A stretch of 32,642 bases of DNA, from positions 1 through 32,642 of the forward strand of contig CAXUUL010000100.1 of NCBI GenBank assembly GCA_964255285.1, in the 5' to 3' direction. A program made the position numbers and the translations under genes. This document shows positions 25,547-32,642 of the stretch, in pieces. This DNA is from Ionaspis alba. Taxonomy: Eukaryota. Position 1 is the stretch's first letter. Every line of letters begins with the position of its first letter. Below the pieces are notes generated by a model. The model made no database searches. It saw only the letters and a program-made list of their open reading frames with translations, and was not told the origin of the DNA.

Positions 25547-26518
25547 TCGTTTCAGCTTGCCCTACGACAGGAAGACAGCGTAGAGCATAAGACGGCTGGA
25601 AAAGTTGTGGACAAATTCCCGGAACTGATATGCTTCATCCATAGTCGCCAATAATATGTCAAGCGTATTTTCAGGTATCCCTGCCACCAGTGTCAATGGT
25701 CGAAATCAATAATAATGTCGCGTCCGTCCCGGTGGAGAAGATCTTGTAGGGGATGCTTCTGGAAGTTCTGGTCATTTCTGTAAAAAGGGTCTCACGAAGT
25801 CTCACAGCCTGCCATACTTCTCTTTGCATCTGGGACCGTGAAGGTGATGCTCGAGCTTGGAAGTTGACGAGGGCGTAAAGCCTACTGTCCACGGATTGGG
25901 CGGAGTACCGAAAGGGCCGTTTGCGAAGTTACAGTCAGAGGCCAGCTAGCTGACTTCACATCATTCCCGTCTCCTTAGTTCTTTCGATTAGAAAACGGGC
26001 CATTCACTGCGACATTAGACTTCTGACTCGCTTTGCATTTATTGTGTGATGTCTTGATGACTCGGGTGAGGGTAGTGGTGATGAGGAGGTGAGGAAGAAG
26101 GAGTTGCGGAGATGAACTCGGTCACGTAGAAAATCCACTATCCTGGATTTAGCCTCTGCCGCCCAGGAATGCCATGAACCTCGCTCGCCCTTCCGCAGGA
26201 AACTTGCCCTTCTAGAATTACAGATCAACGGTTTATGTAATTCGCAATACCCGCGATCACTCTTGCTTCTATCTACTCTGAACTCGCTAGTTACTAATTC
26301 CTTGATCTCTTCCGACCGCCTTCCTACCTTCACTCGCGTGCCGACCCCCTCCCTGACCGCGTCCACTTGAAGCCACCAAGTCCACAAACTAGCGTTGAAA
26401 GCACAACTTTCCGCGCATGAGAAAGGATTCGGAACTCGTCACTCTGGAGAGGTCTGCTTATCGGGAGAATGGCGAGATGGTAGATCGCAACAGACTTAGG
26501 TAGCAGGCTTCCTTGAGC

Positions 26519-29500
26519 ATGTCGCGCTCCTCAAAGGGCTTCGCAGATTTCTTTCCCACCGCGCCCTCAGTTCTCCAACAGAAGCGTTCGCGAACGGCGC
26601 AACATCGTAAGAGGCAGAAGTCACCTTCGAACGAAAGCTCTAACCTCCCGCCAACCTCATTCGGTGGGGCAGACATTGCCACTGATGATGGTGAATCTGG
26701 TACAACGCCCCTTGCAAATGGGACAGACGTCGACGAAATCCCGGGCGAATCTACCCAGATGAACCAAGAGGAGAGTGACCTTGCTCAAGGCGATTTGCTT
26801 AATGGTGTTGGCTCAGCAAGCTCAAGTAGTACGACATCCTCTGTTTTTAGCACTTCACATCGTGCCCTTGGTCCCACTCGAGGGCAACTTGCCAGTACGC
26901 TCACGCCATTAACCAACACCGATTCCTCGCCACCCGGGGTTGAGAAAAGCCCTGCCCATGTCAAGTATGACAGCCGTGCTGGAACGTCCGACGAATCCAC
27001 AATGCCGCCTTCACAAATATACAATATGACACAATCTAGCAGTACCTTGAACCCGGTGGACATACCCCGTTCTCAGAGAACTCATGCTCGTCCTGGCAAA
27101 GGGGAGGTGAAAGGAACTAGAGTTGTGTACGACCCGGACCTAGACAAGACACTGAGCTCCAAGGAGAGGAAAGGGCGGAAGGTGCAATACGAGGATTTTG
27201 GTGAAGACGTATGTGAAGTCCTGCATGGTCTACTCTCTGTACTCAGAGGGCTCAGGTCAATGTGTTGAAAGGGCTTTGGCTGACTTTTACACGTTAGGAG
27301 GACGACACACTGACGGAAGATCCTCGGTTACTGATTGCGAATTACTCACGTGGCGCTGCGAACAAGCAAAAGCATCGGCTGCGAATTGCGCCATACGCGC
27401 TCAAACCTTACGCATACGATCAAGCGACATCAGTCGGAGGTTCGCCGCCCACGAGAATCGTCGTCACTGGCTTCGACCCGTTGACTCCGGTCCCCCAAAT
27501 CCGCCATCTTTTCTCGAGCTTTGGAGACATCCAGGAAATCGTGAATCAGGAAGATCCATCCAATGGCAGCTTTCTCGGAGTATGTCTTGTACATTACAGA
27601 AATCCCAACCCCGTACGTGGTGGTCCTCAGGTTCCAGCAATTCAGGCGGCAAAAAGGGCGTACCTTGAATGCAAAGGCAGGCAACAGAGGATTGGTATAC
27701 ATCCTATTACCGTCGAATTGGACCGCGATGGATCGATCCTCAAGCGAGCCATATCGAAGGCCTATGAAAGGCAACATCCCAAAGTCAAGGATGAACCGAA
27801 GGAAGAAAAGAGAGAACCAATCATTGAGAATTCTGGGCCACCTCCAACAGCCCCAAAAGGTCCTTCTGGTAAGACATCAATGAGACCTGCGCAAGCTCCA
27901 GTAGAAGGTCCTCGAGTGGCCTCTCTTGCAAAGCCAGGTGTACCCTCACTCATAGAGGAGAAGCCGATCCTGGAAACGATCAAACGAGACCCGTATATCT
28001 TCATTGCTCATTGTTACGTTCCGGTATTAAGTACGACGATTCCTCACTTGAAGAAGAGATTAAAGATCTTCGAGTGGAAGGATGTTCGTTGTGACAAGAC
28101 CGGGTATTACATCATCTTTGAAGACTCACGGCGTGGTGAAGAAGAGGCTGCCAAGTGTGCCAAATTATGCCACATGTCTCCACTATTTACGTACGTAATG
28201 AACATGGATTGCCAGCAATATGGAAACCCAAACTATGAAAGAAGCCCGAGTCCAGAGCGTGTGCTAGCAGAGAAGGCACAGAAAGCTGAGCAGGAGCGGC
28301 TACAAAGAGAAGAGGAAATAGATCTTGACGAGGAAAAGCAGCAGAGAGCAAAGGATCTAGATCCAGTACGGGAGGTTATCGAGAGTGTTCGAAGAGAGCT
28401 TCGAAACAAGCTTCTCGAAGATGTCAAATCCAGAATCGCAGGACCTGCCCTGTATGAATATCTAGATCCTGATCGACATATCGATAAACGGCGCAGACTC
28501 AACATCGCCGACCCCAGCGATGGCAGAAGGCCAGGAATACATATCGACAGAGCCGACGAGACTCCTCCAATAGGGACGCCTGATTCTCGTGCCGAATTCC
28601 CTTCGACTGGCCGGCGGCCTTTTGTTAACGCGACGTTGAATGTCTCTGCCTTGCCTAGAATACGCAAAGGCGTTGGCAACAAGCGGGAGAACATTGGCTT
28701 TACAGACGAGCGCCGGAAACAGCCCAAAGCTCGGAAAGCTGAGATCAGACCTCTGCATCACAGGTTGTATCAGTACCATGATGAAGATGAGTCGGAGGAT
28801 GAAAGAAGAACATCCCTCACAAGGGATACCGAGGAGCAGGAAAGCCGTCCACTAAGTCGTATGAGCATGGATTCTTTCATCTCCGATGATGAGAACGACA
28901 ACCAAACTCCAAGGAAGCATAGGCGAAGTCAGGGCCCGTTATGGGGAGATGCCAGTGATGAGGAGGATGAAGACGAGACTACATCTGTGACAACAAAGGA
29001 TGTTGTTGACCAGGCCGCGGACTCCGAACTCGACGCTCTGAAGCGTAGTGCCAACGAGCTTCCAGTAACGTCTAGAAAACGAAAGCGTCTATTGCAAGAA
29101 CTCGCGGCGAGAAAGAGACAGAAGGAAGACGAGGAACTATTTGGAATTGGCAAGGAGGACGAGCCAATTATTGAGCCGCTACCTGAGATCAAGAATGAGT
29201 CTATGCTCGAGGTTAAGATTCTGCCAGACGACAGCGGAGCAGAGATCGACGTGCAGGAAGCAAGTGAAACTCCTGAACAGGATTCTGACCTTAGCAGGTT
29301 GAAAACGAAGAAGCCCAAGGCTAAGAAGAAGACCAAAAAGCAGATATTCGAAGAACGGGAGGCGCTGAAGAAAGAGCAAGCCAAGGCTCAATTTGAAGAG
29401 CTTCTCGCAAGTGCTCCTTTGGTCAAGGAGCCTGAGCCGATTCCCGAGCCTGATCTGGTCATCGAAGAGCCTCAAGGCGAGGTCAAGTGGGGTGTTTCTA

Positions 29501-30548
29501 CGGATGAGCCTAGACGAACAGTGGAGGATGATCCTGATGTGGTCCTTGATCTTGACGGATGGCAACATCTGCTCAAAGACGAGGAAGATCTTCGGTTCCT
29601 TCGGAAAGTTCTCGACGATCGACCCGCAGCAAAGGTCGGCAACATCCACACCTGGTCATGGAAGCAAAAAGAGATCAAAGCTCTCAATCGTGCGGGTGAA
29701 CGTGGTGTCGTTCGTGCGGAGACCAGAATCGAAGGCTACTACGTCCCAAATTCTTCCGGCTGTGCCCGCACAGAAGGGACGAAGAAAATCCTCGAAGCCG
29801 AGAAGTCAAAGTACTTGCCCCACCGCATCAAGGTACAGAAAGCTCGCGAGGAACGGGAAGCCAAGGCAAAGGAAGACCCGAGTGTTGCAGCAGCGGAAGC
29901 CGCGAAGCTTGCTGCAGCCACGATCAACGCTAAATCTGCCTCTCGATCGAATCGTGCAAACAATCGACGTTTGGTAGCCGACATCGCTGCTCAGAAGCAA
30001 GTCCTTGCAACCTCCAATGGCGAAGGCGACGCACTTCGTTTCAACCAGCTCAAGAAACGGAAGAAGCCTGTGAAGTTTGCCCGCTCTGCCATCCACAACT
30101 GGGGTCTCTACGCAATGGAGAACATTGCCGCCAACGACATGATCATCGAGTACGTCGGCGAGAAAGTCCGGCAGCAGGTAGCGGATATGAGAGAACGGCA
30201 ATACCTCAAAAGCGGTATTGGCAGCAGCTATCTGTTCCGGATCGACGAGAACACGGTTATCGATGCGACGAAGAAGGGCGGTATCGCGCGATTCATCAAT
30301 CATAGCTGTACGCCGAACTGCACGGCCAAGATCATCAAGGTGGAGGGTAGTAAACGAATCGTCATCTATGCCCTGAGGGACATCGGACAAAGTAAGTTGT
30401 TCTCGAAAGGATGCCTTGCGTGAATCTATGCTGACTCGACACAGACGAAGAGCTCACTTACGACTACAAGTTCGAGCGCGAGTGGGACAGTGACGATCGA
30501 ATACCCTGCCTGTGTGGTTCTACAGGCTGTAAGGGTTTCCTCAATTAG
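26519..30548 (+). CDS. SET1: Histone H3K4 methyltransferase Set1 (COMPASS)
   Basis: Exons 26519-27208, 27298-30391 and 30445-30548. [19 protein letters not shown] start, RRM region, n-SET GCARTEG, SET motifs [20 protein letters not shown] and ELTYDY, post-[16 protein letters not shown]. Confidence 0.97.
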
Positions 30549-30923
30549 GCAACCTGCTCTTCCCTTGGCAATAAAATGGCTCGTCTCCTCTATTCTCCTT
30601 CCTCTTCCATCCTCTTACTAGCGTTCGCCTCTACATGTACCTATTGCCATCTATCTAGTTCCGCAATCCCCTGGATCTGGCATTTGGGGTGTCCTGAGGT
30701 GATGGAATATCATAGTTGAGATATTTTCGTGAAAGCATCTGGGCATCCTTTCGAGCGCTTTTTTGTTTGTGCATGGAAAGGCGTAGCGACATATCATACA
30801 TGACACGTCATGTATACCTCCTACATTTGAAAAGAAAGGTACTAAAAGGAGTGGGGCGAATGGGATTGTCGTGATGGTTAAGGCGGTCGTCTGATACTTC
30901 AACAAGAAATCTTCTCGCCGCTG

Positions 30924-31023
30924 NNNNNNNNNNNNNNNNNNNNNNNNNNNNNNNNNNNNNNNNNNNNNNNNNNNNNNNNNNNNNNNNNNNNNNNNNNNNN
31001 NNNNNNNNNNNNNNNNNNNNNNN
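30924..31023. other. Assembly gap (100 N)
   Basis: Run of Ns. Confidence 0.95.
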
Positions 31024-31028
31024 CATTC

Positions 31029-31663
31029 CTAAACCAAATGATTCGGCAACAAAAAGTTCGCAATCCCCTCCTTGACGACATACTCGTGCCCGCAATTCCC
31101 ACACACCATCTTCCCTTGTACCACCTGCGTCTCCAGTAGTAATTTGTGTAGATCCCGCCATAGCTTGTCTTCTGCTGCTTGCTCGGGGGGTGATGTGTCC
31201 ATTGGAGCGTCAGCACTCGTAGTCGTGGGATCGTCGTCGTTTGACAGGGCGGAAGAAGAGGGAAAAGGAGAGGACGCTTCTGCGGCGCTAGGCGCTGGGA
31301 TCAAGGATGGTGGAGGTGGTTCGGGCTTGGTAGGTGGGAGGTTGTCGAAGCCGAGCTACATAGTACAGCGACGCTGTAAGTAAGAGTCCCTTCAAGTATA
31401 TATTGAGTATAAATGAGAGCCACAAGGCGAAAAGCAAAGAGCCTGGCCGACAGGGCAGAACGTAGGCAATGACATACCTCGTTCGCAGTCATTAGGAGAG
31501 CGTCCCACTCCAGGCGCGGCAGTATGTTGTATAGGAATGTAGGGTTGTATTCCATTTCTGCGAGTTCGAGCTCGGCGTCACGGAAATGGAGCGGGTAGGA
31601 GAGGGGCGAGGATTTGCAAGATTTGACGGCGCAGGTGATGAAGTTCGCTGTTAAGATCTTCAT
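31029..31663 (-). CDS. TRM112: Methyltransferase activator subunit Trm112
   Basis: Exons 31663-31478 and 31355-31029. Product MKILTANFITCAVKSC..YPL...LHKLLLETQVVQGKMVCGNCGHEYVVKEGIANFLLPNHLV*. Confidence 0.96.
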
Positions 31664-31932
31664 CTTGTGAATAAGGAAGGTGGACTGTGACAGTGTTTAG
31701 AAGCGTGCCTGGATGAGTCGTGGAGGGGAAACTTCTCTGGAGATGTTATTTGGAGGGGCTTGGCGGGGCACTTAATATGACTTTATATACGGCATTTCTA
31801 CATGAAATCATTGTAGCATAGGCGCCAAATTCCATGTACAGAGGCACGCTTTTGTAACTAGACTGAACATCTCCAACTTCTATGCTGCTCAGAATCGCCC
31901 TGCTACACCACCGCAGAGTATGAACTAAGTGC

Positions 31933-32642
31933 CTATTTTATGTACACATCGACGAAGTCCATATCGGTCAACTCGGTATCCCCGATTTGACTCGAAGGTT
32001 CCAAAAACTCGCCATCGAACTGCAGAGAAGCCCCTTGGTGTGGAGGAATTCCTTTTGCCTGTTTGAAAGCGTTCACGATTCGAGATATTAAGGTTGTCTG
32101 CAGAACCATTAGCTCTATTTCCGGCAGAATGAAGGAAACTCAGTGAGGGAACTTACAGGTTTCACTATGAGTTTGAAGTCTTCATGTCCTTTCGACCTCA
32201 ATATAATTCTAATCTGCTGCTCGGCCTTGGGCTGTTCCACCACGGGCTCCTCTTCAGCATCGACACTCTCAGCTTCCTTAGCGGCCGCGCGCTCCCGCTC
32301 TAGTCTTTGCTCCTGGAACATCTCCTCTGTCATAGCCTCCATATGTATTTGTCGATTTTCCTCTCCTAGGACATCTTTCTCCCCTTTCATCACAATATTG
32401 CCATCCGCATCGACACCAATTCCCAGGCTTTTGCAAGTTGACACGTCGAATAGTCGTTTGCCTCGCCAGGTCAATATTACTGTTTTGGTGAAGTCTGGGG
32501 TGAAACTTTGCCGTTGACACCACGCCATCCGTACATCTTTGAGACGCTGTCCTAGCCGGCGATTGACGATGAGTGGATTTGTGTTGGAGATGCGTGATGT
32601 AAGTAGTATCGAGACAACGGGTTCCTCAGGTAGAGGTGGAGG
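31933..32642 (-). CDS. Rad60/Esc2-like protein with C-terminal SUMO-like domains (3' part only)
   Basis: Exon >32642-32157, intron 32156-32098, exon 32097-31933. Contains VILTWRGKRLFDVSTCKSLGI and IRIILRSKG..FKLIVKP|TTLISRIVNAF..LQFDGEFLEP..DMDFVDVYIK*. Confidence 0.85.

Noticed and set aside
28233..30390. Long antisense ORFs within SET1 (similar ones in BUD23, RIB4 and GFA1)
   Set aside because: Shadow ORFs produced by the codon bias of the sense gene.

Overview
Gene-dense, intron-rich nuclear DNA from a filamentous ascomycete (Pezizomycotina). It is a draft assembly with four 100-N gaps, two of which have 55-bp duplicated flanks. I reconstructed about 16 spliced genes by hand: SVP26, BUD23, IDH1, an alpha-factor-type pheromone precursor (ppgA/ccg-4 class), a hypothetical protein with an N-terminal CxxC-CxxC motif, PRE10, RIB4, a PAP2/DPP1-like phosphatase, an RBR/IBR E3 ligase, an MFS transporter, a four-TM MARVEL-like protein, GFA1, a histidine phosphatase (PGM-like), SET1, TRM112 and a Rad60/Esc2-like SUMO-domain gene. 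Three observations stand out. (1) The pheromone precursor encodes four different predicted 15-mer peptides with perfectly phased Ste13-type spacers. (2) Its promoter carries a cluster of five TTATTGA boxes, candidate MAT1-1-1 alpha-box sites. (3) The histidine-phosphatase gene has a candidate non-canonical AT-AC intron. No rRNA, tRNA, CRISPR array or intact transposon was recognised. Product calls rest on motif recognition from memory, not database searches.
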